From positions 217,124,001 through 217,188,000 of the forward strand of contig OZ024742.1 in assembly GCA_964016885.1 (NCBI GenBank): a stretch of 64,000 bases of DNA, read 5' to 3'. The stretch comes from Eledone cirrhosa (Eukaryota). Both the position numbers and the translations under genes were made by a program. The notes beneath the pieces were generated by a model, which saw only the letters and a program-made list of their open reading frames with translations, was not told the origin of the DNA and ran no database searches. This document shows positions 48,673 to 62,640 of the stretch, one piece after another; position 1 is the first letter of the stretch, and each line of letters begins with the position of its first letter.

Positions 48673-49892
48673 GTGTATATATATTTCGTTTTTTAATATG
48701 TTTATATGTTTTGCAAGATTTCTTATCTGAAATCGTGTGTTGAAACATATATTGTTATACAACGCTTCCTACATCCAGCGCATTAGCAAGGAATCACACT
48801 TTATCGCCAAATATGAACCCCTTCTAAATGCATCCACTTCGGACTAAACTACAGCTGGCACACTTTAAAATTAACACCCTGGACAAATTAACCCTTTGGA
48901 AATGTATCCTTTCCCAAGATTCTAGCAACTTTTGACAACCATATAATGCAGATCAAGCAACCACACAGAAACACCCAAATTGGCTAGTTCTTGAGGACTT
49001 TCACGAAGATAATCGGATAAATAGGAGCATTAAGGTGTCACACTAAATGCTTTACAATATGTACGGCTCGGCACGTTTTAGCTTCGAATCTCGCCAATGT
49101 CATCCTTCTTTTTCATCCTTCATGGGCCTATAATAAAGCTGGTAGCTTTCCAGTAATAGAATCGATGAAACCCCCTTTCTTCATTTCCCTGAATCTGGGA
49201 GTTTGTGCTGAAGATAGAATTAGTATTTCAGTAATTCTGAATCTTTTTCGTGGCTAAATTATAAAGTCTACGCTGACTATTTCTGGGATAAAACAATTTA
49301 AGAATGCCAGTATTTCAGACAGGAATACCAAGATAGATATTTATAGAAACAATTACCTCCTCAGTCAACTCTAAGGTCATTCAACTATTCAAACCAATCC
49401 CACGTTGCCATTGTTGACAGTGGCTATCACCACAACAGATTGCTACCACACCTATCCCCTGTCTTCTTCTTCTCTCCCCCTACCCACTTTTCCCTCTTCT
49501 CTTCCTTCTCCCCCTTCCTCTCTCGCCCCACTACTACCAGTCGAAGCCAGCAGTCAGAACCAAAAATGTAAAACTGCCACCACCGCTGTTGGTCAACTAG
49601 CAGAGAACGAAGGATATCCTCGGACAGAAACATGAACTTACCTCTCTAAATATGTATGTAAAAACTAATAATTTTTCTTCTCCATTTTATTATTATTCGT
49701 ATAAAAATGCAACTTAACTGCACTTTACACTTCCGCCGTTGAAAAAGCATATAATGCTGAAACCGGTACCACGATTAAATGCGGAAAAAACCCACTTTAT
49801 AAATAAATGTTTTGATATTATACTGAAAAAAATCCATCCACCATTTTCTACTGTATTTTTTTTCCGTTTTACTATTTATTTATATATATATA

Positions 49893-49983
49893 TATATTGA
49901 CTCCACTAATCTGTTGAGTGCTTTATATCAGTTATAAAAATGTTTAAGCTTGTTGAATCCCAACAAATTAAATATAACTTCTG

Positions 49984-50041
<58 letters not shown>

Positions 50042-50325
50042 ATGCAGAGGTTATATTTAATTTGTTGGGATTCAACAAGCTTAAACATTTTTATAACTGA
50101 TATAAAGCACTCAACAAGTTAGTGGAGTCAATATACAATATATTAACAAATGGAAACTATATTTATAAAACCATATTTATTTTATTATACATATATCAAG
50201 GGCCACCAAGGCAAATTATGGTGCGCTTTCATCAGATAAAATACAATACAGATTAGTTTTATAAATAAATATTGACATACGCTGAAAAAAGACAACCTTA
50301 GCGGTTGGAGCTTCCATACACATAT
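49893..50325 (-). mobile_element. Family H3 copy with a tail-to-tail inverted duplication around a microsatellite; hammerhead at 50180-50241 with GAAA changed to GAUA
   Basis: Arms 49893-49983 and 50045-50135 flank (TA)n(GT)n. Stem I UUUUAU/AUAAAA and CUGAUGA are intact. Confidence 0.75.
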
Positions 50326-50529
50326 ATGTATATACGTATACATACTTATATTTAGGTATCAGCCGTACTAAGAGTGAGAAATGAAATTTCGTTTCATTCT
50401 TTTCCATTTATCGTTTTCGGTACGCCCGGCCGACTAACTCACTCGATATGCAAATAAGGCTGCTCAGCCGTTAATATGCATAAGGAAAGTATATACTTTC
50501 AAACGTTCAATCATCTGACAGGAAGGTAT

Positions 50530-50572
50530 ACGATGTTGACGATAGCTAATAAACTTGAAACTAGTACATCGT
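50530..50572 (+). ncRNA. Minimal type I hammerhead with a U3 core variant
   Basis: ACGAUG-UUGACGA-UAGCUAAUAAACUU-GAAA-CUAG-UA-CAUCGU; perfect 6-bp stem I; palindromic ACUAGU stem III. Confidence 0.68.
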
Positions 50573-50838
50573 TCCTGTGTCAGTGTTGAACAAAAAGGCG
50601 ACGATGGTTACCTGAACACTGTACGGCGTAATTCGGGCTGTTTGTTTACAAACAAACCGAACGTTATAATAAATGTTCGGTAAACCCATACGTACATATA
50701 TATATATGTGTGCATGTATGTATATATATATATATATGTGCATGTATGTATATATATATATATATATATATGTGCATGTATGTATATATATACATACTAC
50801 TGTACGTCTGTACACATATATGTATATACGTATACATA

Positions 50839-50889
<51 letters not shown>

Positions 50890-50892
<3 letters not shown>

Positions 50893-51440
50893 CCATAGTA
50901 TCTAGAATAAGGACGGGTTGGCAGAAGTTTAGAGAGCTGCTTCCTCTGTTGACAAAGAAGGGTTTCTCCCTGCGTATGAAATGCTGGTTATATGATGCCT
51001 GTGTGAAATGCGCGATGCTTGCATGGTAGTGAAATATGGGCAGCAACTGCAGAGGATATGCCACGGCTGGAGAGAAATGAAGCAAGCATCTCCGTTGGAT
51101 GTGCAATGTCAATGTGCATGAACAACCAAGCATAGACGAGTTGAGAGAAAAACTGTATAAGAGGGATAAGTTGTAGTGTGTGGGAGAGAAGACTGCGATG
51201 GCATGGACATGTGATGCGCATGGCGGATGACCGCTGGGTAAAGAAGTGCCAAGAAATCCCAGTAGAAGGAAGACCACCAAAAACATGGGCGGAGGTGGTG
51301 AGAGCAAAACTCAGATCGCTGAAGCTCACAAAGGAGATGACAAAGGACCGTGACAAGTGGAGAGATGCTGTGCTGAATAGCATCCGTCCCACCCTTGCAA
51401 GCAGGGAAAAGCGGGCGTAAAATGATGATGATGATGATAT
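50890..51440 (+). mobile_element. RTE LINE 3' end with (ATG)n tail
   Basis: [16 protein letters not shown]...LYDACV...RRLRWHGHVMRM...GRPPKTW...DRDKWR, then ATGATGATGATGATGAT at about 51422. Confidence 0.88.
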
Positions 51441-51459
51441 ATATAGAGAGATATAAGGA

Positions 51460-51711
51460 AATGCGATGTAGTTTCAGATGTTAAAGTCCTTTATTGATAA
51501 GGCTGTGATACATATTTTAATGACGATAGTGGTCACGCGGTTCTTCCTAACCAGTGCCATGATCTCATCAGACAGCTTCTTACATAATAAGGTTACGTTC
51601 TCCAAGCAATCAAAATTAAAACAGTAAGGGAACGGGTGAAGACTTCAAGAACATCATCTTTGTACGTTCCCTTGTCGTTTTAATTTGGATTGCCTCAAGA
51701 ATTGTTTGGAG
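51460..51711 (-). mobile_element. Decayed hammerhead-bearing pLTR-like insert with a 5' fold-back, truncating the Helitron
   Basis: GCUGU-CUGAUGA...AAAA-UAUGUA-UC-ACAGC at 51502-51576. Imperfect inverted repeat about 51600-51710 (CTCCAAGCAATCAAAATTAAAACAGTAAGGGAACG / CGTTCCCTTGTCGTTTTAATTTGGATTGC). Confidence 0.55.
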
Positions 51712-54700
51712 CAAGCAAGAATTGCCCTTTCACACAACCATTTATATGAATTATAATTATTACTCAAGTCCGGAAATACCCTGTTCTTCAATTCAGCTGA
51801 TGAATTCACCATGATAGCAATATGAGCCAAATTGATATCACCATTCCCATCAATTAGTACTTTCCCATTTCCTAATTGGAACTGGGTTGAAAACTGTTCT
51901 ACACATTAGTCCCCATGTAATAAAGCTCGCATGTTAGTATTGAAGGAGAATTTCTGTTCTTTATTCCATAGGTGTGAAGACTTAATGCATGATTTTATTT
52001 CATCAGCTCTTGTTCCTCTCGGAATGACTGGTTATGTCTGTCTGAAGTCTCCTGATAAAACTAATGTAACTCCTCTCATAGATTTATTGTTGCCTCTGAT
52101 GTCCTGTAAGGTCTTATCAAGAGCTTCCTTTGCACCTCTATGTGACATGGTGTATTCATCCCTAATGATCAGGTGGCATTGACGCAACACTTCTGCTGAA
52201 CCTGAACCTTTGCTTATGTTACAAATTGGACTGTCATTTGTGACCAAATTTAGCAGTAATTTAAAAGCAGAATGAGCTGTTCGTCTTGCTGGCAGAAGGG
52301 TGGCAACGATGCCAGATGATGCCACCAGGAGCATCAAGAAAGAAAATTCCTCCACTTTTTTCTCTGACTGACGAAATAATTTTATCATATGCACAGCGTT
52401 CTTCTTGTAGAAGTTTAGGTTCATGTTCATTCACAAATGTAGCCAACTCTGTGATGTCATAATTTGTCTCTCTTGCTATGTCTCTTGAAGTTAAATTACG
52501 AAATTTACGGTTTGTTTTTGGCAGTCCAGAGCCAGACTCTTGCAAATTTGTGCCTCCCATGGCCAAAACTTGATCCTCAATTTCAATCAGTGCTTTGTTA
52601 AAAATTTTTTCAGAGAACTGAATATTGATATCTGGGTTGCCTGTTGAACTGCATACTTTAAGTCCTCAGCCATGTCTTCACGATGTTTCATCCAAAGATG
52701 TAGGGGGCTGCCAAGTTGATACATGTTCTGCATAATTACAAAACAATTACAGAGTTTCTTTGGAGAATATGACACTGATGCTTCAGTCAATGGAAGGTCC
52801 CAATGATCATCATTTTCTAAAAAAGAAAAAAAAACCCTTGTTGATAGCATGCTTCTCTATAAGTTTCACACACATGACCATTTGCCCTCCTCAAATCTTG
52901 GAATGATTTGGGACCACGTACTTCATGCAAAAGAAACCGTAAGTAGTATAGTATTCTGCTTAGCTTGCGTGGACACTAAACTCTTGCCATTTATTGTTTC
53001 TCCAGGTGTAATACTTGGGTAATTCTAGGTAAAGGAGTTTCCTTGCATATTCATCTTCTTGACACAACTTAAAAAAGGCACTACGGGTAGTTTCTTTTGG
53101 GGAAAGTGCTTATTGCAAGGCTGTTTGTTTTGTAAAGATAACCCTTTTGCCATTCTCTAGATGGACATTCAGATGAATGATGGCTGGGTGTCTCTCATGA
53201 ATGGGGAAAATTGAAGATGCGCCAAAAAGTCTCATTGCTACTGATGTATCTTCCTCTCATACTGTGCAAATTCGTCATTTTTATTTATCTGTTCACTGCC
53301 ATTCTGCATAAGAGTGTATGTTGCAACATCTAAACCTTTGTTTATATATTTGTAAACATTCTTAATAGTCTTAACAGAGTTGCAGAATTCAACATTGATA
53401 TGGGCTTTGAAAGTTTTTGTAAGAAGAGGATAGTAGGGTACAATCCACTGATTGTCAATGATGAATTCTTGCCCATTTCTCATTTTTTTTTTGTTTTCGA
53501 AGGGAATCCACCATGCCCAGGTTTTCTTCTCCTGTAAAAGTGGGTAACCACCTTCTCCAGTTTGGGTTTCTTGTATAGAAATGACGACCATAGTGTCTGA
53601 CATATGTAAGTGCATCTTGGGTAAGTGCATATGCTCATGCATATACCGTGGACTTCCTGTAAAGCTTGATGGAAGAATAACACAAAGCTGTCCAATGTTA
53701 TCAGCAACCAATCCTTCATTACTGATTGCATCTCTCAGATGAATGTAATCTGATGCACGGAGATCTTTTTGGTGTGTTCTAATGTAAAGAAGCCTTTGTT
53801 TTTTTCAATTTTTGTATACATATCAACCGCAAATTGCTGGAAGAGCTCGCGTGAACGATAAAGAAGTCTTGCTCTCTTAATATGAAAAGATAATCATAGA
53901 ATTCCGTGCAGCTTACTGTTTTTGTCAGTGCAGGAGCTCTTGTTTTAAGATCTGGGTTTTTTTATATACCAGTGATATCCATCTTGGCCAAATACACAGT
54001 TGAATGGATACTGGAGTGCATCATATGATCGGTGGGTTGCATTTATCCGCCGCAACTTATTTCCTCTTCCTTGAATAATAATATCTTTTTTCCCATACTC
54101 GTTGCCTATAATAATTGCTCCTACTTCATTTGTGGCAGGGGCATTGTAGCAGCCTTTGTGTTCAGCAACAGGCTTTTTGACTACATCAATAACTATCTTG
54201 TATTCAGAGGGTGGTGCAGATTCTAATGCATACTTGAAGCTTCTGGTGTAGCTATTGTTTGCATGCAACATATCTTTCAGATCAAAGATTAACTCTTCTT
54301 TCAAATTTGGAAGTGTAAATGACCGTTGCAAAGCCTGCTCTTTGTAATTTGCCTCAAAATGTGGCTGTAAAAACTGAGGATTTTTGCCTTCAGTTCGCAA
54401 CAAAGATCAAATACGATGGTATACTTGACCTTGAACTTGAAAAGATGGCTTCATGTTCCCTTCTCTTATAATATTGCTACCAAAGGTAATTTGGAAAGCA
54501 GAATTATAATTCCTAATGTTCTTGAAGAAGTGCATGCTCCTTGGTGTGTTTCCCAAAAGCAATGCTTTCAAAGTATCTGGGGGGTGTACCAAACGTCGGT
54601 AAAACAACCGTTCCTCCACCACAACACATAATGGTGGTTCCTCTTTCCCATTTCTTTCCTTTACAAAATACTGCACTTTTGACATTGCTCTAATATCAAT

Positions 54701-55750
54701 CGATTTCTCTGTAGGTAGAATAATCAGGTTTTGGATCATAGTTGAAAGTTGATCTTTTCCAAGTCCCCTAGAAAGGTGCAAGTCTTTTGTCAAACGTATT
54801 CAGCCTATCTTGATCAAGACGCTTACGTCTTTCCTCTGAGTATTGGCGAAGTCTTGCCACAAGTGTTTGCCCCTGGTTTGTTCTTTGTCTAATCTCTCGC
54901 TGATCTATTGTCCCATTGGCAAATTTGGCAGCTTGTCTTTGTCTTGCATCCTTTAAACATTTTTCTCTTTCCTTTTTTTACTCTTGGCTGCTGCGGATTG
55001 CATTTTTTTTTACATAAGCCGTTTTTCTCTTGCCTCTTGCGACTCATTGGCCCTGGGTGCAGCAGCTCTCCTCCGGTCATTTTCATGGCTTTGCTATCGT
55101 TGTGCAGGGTTCTCTAGTGACCTTGCTCTGGCTACTTGTCTTGTACTCGTATTTGCTTCATTGTAGAATACTGATTATCTACATCTATCCCGTTTCTTCT
55201 TGTAGAGAATGAGAACATTTTTCTCGGAAAATGGGGATTAAAGGGAAAAATGAGTGAAAGTTACGTGAATATCTTCACAAGAATGATTGAAATAAGTGGC
55301 GATTGTGGAACGCCGCACGCACGTACACACACGTTAATAGTTATTGCTTTCCTTCCGCTCTTATTTCCACACACATCACACATGCATCTATCTATCTACA
55401 CATATACCTACAGTATCAAACGTACAGCGTCTCTCTCTCTCCCTCCTCTCTTTCAACTTGTTCTCTTTCTGTGTTTCTTTCTCTTTTCTCCTTTTTGTCT
55501 TTCTCTGTTTCTCTCGCTCACGCCCTCTGTAACACTTCCTCTCTTTTAGTCTCTCTCTCTCTTTTCAACTTACTCACACACTCACACTATTTACATTTCT
55601 CCCTCTATCGAAAAACGTTGACAAATGAGGAGATGGAGGAGGAGAAGTAAAGTGCCACTTCCTCACTTTGCTTCTCCGTTTCTTTCTCTCCCCCTCTCGT
55701 TGGCATTATGCACAGACATGCACAGATATCTGCTAATATATATATAGAGA
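51712..55750 (-). mobile_element. Helitron Rep-PIF1 helicase pseudogene, internally deleted and 3'-truncated
   Basis: NIRNYNSAF, FQVQGQVYHRI, PQFLQ, HRSYDALQYP, LPSSFTGSPRYM, DNQWIVPY...AHINVEFCNSVK.IK...KYINKG, FFLDAPGG, ASSGI.ATLL...RTAHSAFK, IIRDE.TM, LSGDFRQT, WLCERAILA. Candidate 5' end TCTATATATATATTAG near 55748. Confidence 0.9.
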
Positions 55751-55859
55751 GAGAGAGATGTGTGTGTGCGTTTGTATATGTGTGTGTGTGTGTCTCTTTC
55801 TCTCTCTGTTGGGAGAGAGAAGGGGGAATATTATGTTTAGTTCTATAATGTATTGTATG

Positions 55860-55935
55860 ATTACGGGGTCGATAAAATAAAGTACCAGTAATACACTGGG
55901 ATACTTGCTGGCCTTGTGCCAAAAGTAGAAACAAA
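55860..55935 (+). mobile_element. SINE 3' half
   Basis: TTACGGGGTCGATAAAATAAAGTACCAGTAATACACTGGG...GTAGAAACAA. Confidence 0.8.
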
Positions 55936-56789
55936 TATTTTTCTTTCTTCCTATTTTCAGAACTCTATCAGTTGTGGTTAATACAAAACACCGTTCTTAT
56001 CTAAAATAGAGGAGATGTGTTGTTGAGCATCCAACTAGACAGTGTCCACTCCTACAAGGAACGGAAATGTAGTATGACTACAGTTCTCATTTTTTCAGTC
56101 TTCGATAAGTAGTATACAAGAGCGGAAAGGGTGCTAAAATATAGGACCAAGATCAAGGACCCTTTGATAAATCAGATAACTGCTGTTATTGTTGTAGTAG
56201 GATCATGGAAGTGAGAATTGATCAATATCCAGTTTACAATATCCAGTGTACAATGAATATCATTTTTCCTAAGTGTGTAGAAACAAGTCACAAATCAAAG
56301 TTATCTAAAACAAGGATGTCAACAAAAGAAAATAGAAGTAATGTCTTTGATTGTGTGTGTATGGTAAAGGTTTCTGTGAATATAAGATTATATTCAATTA
56401 TTTGCCATTAATCATTAGCTCCACAATCATCTCCAAAACACGTGAATACAATGACCTTCCAAACATACTGTGACCGAAATCATGAAAAATGAATACTTCA
56501 GACTTGGCTAAGACCTTAGCCGTAACCCAAAAACAGCTCTTATTTAAATAATGGCTGACACTGGCTCTCAAATATGTTTAGCTGAAGTCAAGATAATCCA
56601 TCAGTTGAAAGACTGGGATCGTGATGCTTCCATACTTTTGAAAATTCATCATATTGACATCGCAACGTGATGAATATTTGGAATGAGTCTAAACTGCCAC
56701 TCTTAGCACTCAATCAATGCTTAGACTATACAAATATCCGATACAATTAGATAATAGAAATTAGAAATAATGTTCTTTCTTTCTTAATT

Positions 56790-59150
56790 AACGTCTCCCA
56801 TGTAGTTTTCATCTCTATGCTATTTACTGAGGAGGTTATCAGAACCTACATATATGCTGATTCTTTCAATCGTCTTATCTTCCAGTGTTGTTCCCTGTTT
56901 ATTTTGTTTACATTGTTCCGAGCAGAGGTAACAGCTCTCTTAACATTTTCCATGCCGTCCTTACTCTGGCCACTTTGGTTTCTAAACAGCACTCTCTAAT
57001 TAGATCGCCTAGGTAACAGAAACTATTAGCTATTTCTGTGGAGCATTTGAAAGAATTTATTTCATTGGTGCTCTTACTGCTAACTACTCCAGCACACCTG
57101 CCACATATGAAGTATTTCTGTGATGTCAGCTTGTTTGTCATCTCACTCTACCGCTTGTGCACCCATATTTTACACTGGGTACTCTATGTTGGGCATAACC
57201 ACTTCCCAGATGGCAATGGGTTTTAGTCCTTGCTTGACTTACTCTGAGGCCTCCTAATTCTAGACTTTACTTAAGTGGTAAATTGCATCTCTAAATCTTC
57301 GACAGATTCAGATATTAGAACGAAGTAGACGGCATATAAAAGTTATGCGTACAGCCTGTCATAAACTCTTCCGTAATGTTCTAGAGAACTATAATGAACA
57401 AGAATGGGCCGAGAGCCAAGCTTTGATGGACACCTACCTGCACATTAGATTTGTCACTGAACTCATTGGCAGCCCTCATCTTGCTGTCATAGGTTACTCA
57501 TCTACAATTTTTTTAAACCACCAGACTACATCGTGCTTTACCTTATCAAAAACTTTCTCCGTGTCAACTATTACAAAGGCTTAGCTAAGAACTTCTTTCG
57601 TAGTTGTCTCGCCATGAAAAGGGCATCATTGGTATCCAAAGTTGGTGCAAACCCGAAAAGTATCTCACCTAATCTATTTCTCTTCTTTAACTGTGTTATT
57701 CCATAGTTCTTTAGTTACTTCATTATAAGGCACCTGCTTTACCACTGTAGTATTTGATATTGCTACACCAGTTATTGAGTATACCTTGTACTACCTAGTT
57801 GACTATGCAAATGACTGGCTTGAGTCCTACTTCGCTAAATATTCTTAGTATCTCGGCGACTCTCTCTAATGGTCCAGCAGCTTTACTTATCTTCAGATCC
57901 TTAATCGCACTTTCAACCCTATTGAAATAGCTGGTCCCTCTGTTGAGTCATCACTGAGTAGCCCCTCTTTCTTCCACATATTCTCCACATTCAGCAATTT
58001 CACATAACATTTCCAAGCCTGTCTTCTTGGTAAGTGCACATTGGAGGAAAAGTGTGATTCTCTACACTTTCCCTCCAATGACCTACACCTTTCTCCAGTG
58101 TGTAACGTATCGATGTTTGTCTGGCATTTAGTCATTAGTCACTCGGCTATTTTGAGTGATACATTCTTCAGTAGGGAAAAACTTAATAGCCACAACCATT
58201 TTTCAATCCTATTTCTGGAGACTATAAAGCCTATCTGGCTTACATATTCAACAAACTGACAGGTGGACAAGTGGCTGGATGGTCTTATGAAGTTAATGTT
58301 ACAGATGACTATGTCATTTGCGTCACAAAACTACAGGGGCTTAGATCCCTCATTGCTCATACCGTACCCATAGCCTTCATGTCCTTTAAAGTCACCAGAT
58401 GTTTTAATGAAGTAGCTATCATTTGTTATCGGGGTGGTCCGCAAGGGAACCTCATAGAAACGATATTTTTTTGTTTATTATCAGTCAGTCTTGATTGCAA
58501 TGCATAAGCAGAGATAACAGTTACTGTTGCGCTTCCTGTATTTAACTAAGCTTAATTATTGTCACATACTCTGACTACCTCAATTAACTTTACATATTTA
58601 TTTCTCTTTTAACAATATGACTATTTCACCCACCTGACATTGTTAACTGCCCAGAATGTTTGCCAATGTTTACTGATCCATCATCTCTTGTACAAGCCAT
58701 ATATCTACCCCTTCCGCTGTATCATCTCTAGAATCTCTCCAGTTCGTCATATTGAGGATATGACAATAAGAGCAGAATTTCCAGTGAGTATGTTGTTACA
58801 TCAAATCTGTTTTCTGTATCCGAAATAAAGTGTGCGATTTCTTGGCGGTGGAAGGGTTCTCGCTCATGATCAAATGTTTCCACCTAACCACCCCACTCCC
58901 GTACGCGACGCTAGTATCGTGTTAGTTTTATGTATGGTTAGATTTTCATTGAAATCTGTAAGTCATAATTTTGGTATACTTTTACTGGTTGGATACCTTT
59001 TCTGTCACCAACTCCCTTACAGCATGAACAAGGTACATTTCATTACGCCACAAACACTTGAAAAGTTACCAGTCATGATGAAATTTGTCTGCTTCACAGT
59101 GTATTTATTCAGAATTACTGCTCTCCTACCTTGGCCGGTTTACGAAGTCT
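56790..59150 (-). mobile_element. Old, heavily decayed RTE LINE
   Basis: FCYLGDL...ARVRTAWKMLRELLPLL (related to the 50890 copy), VIVDTEKVFDKV, AWKCYVKLLNVEN. Boundaries are approximate. Confidence 0.6.
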
Positions 59151-60859
59151 GTTTCCGCCCCCGTGTAGATTTGTAATCAATCTACAAAGCTACTAAAGGT
59201 GATGAGTGCATAGCATGTAAAAAATAGTCATAGTTATTTGTAATTAGCAACTGATAGGGGAGAGAGAGATAAATGAAATGAAATGAAAGTGATATGTGAA
59301 GAAATTCGAAGTTACTACATTCTAAACATGTTACCTTCACAGTAGAATCCACCATATCACATTATAGACTTACATTTTATACATCAAGTATACCCAGTTG
59401 GCAATAAGAAGAGTCGAGAGGACTCTTCAGTTGTGTCAAAAAACCTGACAATTTCTCTAGTGTTGGTGATCTATACGATAATCGTACCCAGCACATCCTA
59501 TAAGGTGGTTGGCTATAGGAAGGGCATTCCGCTGTGAAAACCATGCAAAACAAAAGATCGGAAGGATTCTTCAGTTGTATCATAGACGTGACATCTCTAA
59601 TGTGGTTGATCTACACGACAAACAAATCCATTGCATGCTGAGTGCAGGATTGTATATAAGCAAGATGCAGGCCCCCCTGTTTGAGTACTGACTTGGTCAG
59701 TGAAGACCCTTACAACACTTGCTAAAAGGGAAAACGGACGTTAAATAACCGGCAACGCTGTGATATATTCACAGAGGAAAATAAAGAAAAATAACTTTTT
59801 TCGTTATGAAAAAATATTTTTTTCTTTGATTGCAAGGCTACCCATATGTTTATTCAATATATACATATATGTTTTCATATACACTGCTATTATCCTTAAA
59901 CACTGTTTTAGTGCTACTGTCAATTAAAAAATTGTGTGTATAATATGTATATAATATATATACGCATATAATTATATCACCTAAATTTCTCTTGAATCAA
60001 ACACTTCAGTCTTAAAAACTGATACATTATAATCTAGTACTGGATACTTTATGCTAGAAAAAATAAAACAATGGTTCTAGCTGAAATGCTTTTAAGCATG
60101 CTTAATCCATGATGATCTGGAGGTTAAACAAATGGATAATTATATCAATAAACAAATGGATATCATTAACCATTACACTATAGATATTGGAATGAAACTC
60201 GGTTAATCCAAACATGCATTCATGATGAAACATTAATACAGCATATACAGAGAGGTAAGAGTTAGATGTGAATGACAGGTATGTGGGGCTGATTAACAAG
60301 TAGTGTGCAAGAAATATTTACCCCAAAGGAGATTTTTAATATATAATTATCACATCTCCCAACATATATTAGTGACATCACCTTTAAAGTGCCTATCTCG
60401 GCTCATATATTTGGCCTTCTCAGCTGGTTGTTACAAGAACTCAAGTACTCAGTGTACTGCTCACTGGGTGTTACTGGAAACACTAACGTCAATGGAGAAG
60501 TAGACAGACTATATTCCCCACACAAAGAATTGAAATCAGGACCTTGAATCTTTAGAAACATTATGTAAGATCTAGACTGTAAAAGTAAAGTAACATTTGC
60601 AGCAGAGAAAAAAGATAAACATTCTCTTGCTGAAGTTTTTAAGCTTGAAAGTGATAGTATAATTACAACAGCTACTGATCTTCAGAAGAGACATGAAAGG
60701 AAAATTGACACAGGTCTCTCCAAAGATCATTAACAAATTAAATTCTATCTAATACAAATAAATAAAATGTGTAATTACCAGTTTACTGCATGGGGAGTTG
60801 AAATGAAAATTGCAGACTTTAAAGAGAATAAACAACAATAAAGCCTGATATAGAGTAGC

Positions 60860-61225
60860 AACATGTTTAGAACATCACATGCAATCCTGCTAGAAATCCC
60901 TACCAAATACATTCTACACAAACATCGGCTGGCAATAAATGATGGCTGGGCAAAATCAAAACTGAAGATATTAGCAACATTCTCAATTATTAGTGAGTAT
61001 CCTAGAAATACTACCTTCCCATAAAATATGTGGTAACGGGAACAACCTGGAATAAAAAACAAGAACTAAAAAGCTAATGACCAATAAAGATGTAATCATT
61101 AAAACCAATAGATCAAACGAATGTTAATGGGACCTGAATATAAAACAAGCAACTAACCTGATATGGTTGTATGAGATCACAAAATAAAAACGTTCTGCTG
61201 TGGAAGTCACCTGCCATCTTAACAA
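60860..61225 (+). mobile_element. Very decayed R4/Dong-like C-terminal remnant
   Basis: Fragmentary HAI..EIPTKYILHK, YYLP and PDMVV....AVEVTC matches across frames. Confidence 0.4.
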
Positions 61226-61244
61226 AATAATGATAATAATAATA

Positions 61245-61610
61245 ATTGTTTCTACTTTAGGCACAAGGCCAGCAAGTACCCAGTGCATTACTGGTACTTT
61301 ATTTTATCGACCCCGTAAGGATGAAAGGCAAAGTCAACCTCGGCGGGATTTGAACTCAGATCGTAAAGGGACGTAACTCTATGCTGCAAAGCATGGCGTC
61401 CGACCCTCTACTGATACTGCCAATCCATCGCCCTTTGGTATGATAATAATAATAATGGCTTCTGATTTAGGCTCAAGGCTAACAATTTGTGGGAAGGGGA
61501 AAGGTCATTACATTAACCCAAATACGTGACTGGTACTTTATTTTATCGACCCTGAAAGGATGAAAGTCAAGGTAGACCTTGGCGGGATTTAAACTCATGA
61601 CGTAAAAATC
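61245..61610 (-). mobile_element. Two SINE copies (main family)
   Basis: Reverse complement of 2630-2800, well conserved in 61245-61430. Confidence 0.85.
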
Positions 61611-62264
61611 CGGAATGAATGCATTTTCTCCAACATTCTAACGACGGCGATGGCAGCAGCGATGGCAGTGGTGATGGCAACGGCGACACCACCACCACCA
61701 CGATGATACGGGGGGGGGGGGGGTCTACAGACCACAAATAGGGAGTTTGCAAAAAAATTAGCCAAGATACAAATTCACCTTTTTACAAATACCCAAAATA
61801 CAAATGCCTCTTATCAATCAATAGAACATTAAGATGTACCAACCTTCTTGGATCCAAATATGTCTGAACATGGATTCTTGGAGCAGGAATGTGGAAATAT
61901 TTAAATAAACCCATTTGGAATACATTTAAATCATGCTAAGACACACAGTGTTACTCATATGTAAATCAAATCATTTATTTACATCATTTCAGTTAATTCC
62001 CATCCACTTCTTACTTTCAGTAGAATGAAAAAAAAAAAATTTTCATTGAAAAATCTTTAAGAAATAAAATTAATTTATTCAGTCTCATTTTTAAATGTCA
62101 GTCAATTCTTTTATTATTTCTTTTTTTTTTTTTTTTTTTCCTCTTTTTATTTTGGTTCATAGTTAAATTGAGTATATTGAAATTCATTTCAAATACATAT
62201 AGTTTGGCTCTGGTTGTTTTAGAGGTTATTTTTTTTTTTTTTTTTTTACAATGTCATAGAGTGA

Positions 62265-62640
62265 TACTGGCAAAATCAGTAGAGCAGCAGACAAAATGCC
62301 TTGTAGTATTTAGTTCTATCCCTTTATATTCTGAGTTCAAACCTTGCCGAAGTCAACCTTTGATAAAATAAAGTACCAGTAAAGTACTGCATCAATGAAA
62401 CTGACTTATCCCTCCTCGCAAAAATGTGCCTAAATTGGAAATCATTATTATTGTGGCAAAAAAGCTGGACAGGCCAAATGATTCACAATATTTAGTTTCT
62501 TGAAGTATGTGGCTTAGTGGTGAAATTGCAATTGTAAAGTTGTTCAATTCCTGGACTGGGTGGCACTTTGTGTCCTTGAGCAGGACACTATTTCTCGTTG
62601 CTCCAGTTCAATCAGCTGGAAAAAAATGGATTGCAACATT
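62265..62640 (+). mobile_element. Decayed SINE copies (main family plus a second tRNA-headed family)
   Basis: TGGCAAAATCAGTAGAGC...GAGTTCAAACC; GTGGCTTAGTGG...GTTCAATTCC...GTGTCCTTGAGCAGGACAC. Confidence 0.6.

Noticed and set aside
49735-49775. Hammerhead-like TTGAAAA-AGCATATAATGCT-GAAACCGGTA
   Set aside because: Two core changes and no stem I pairing.
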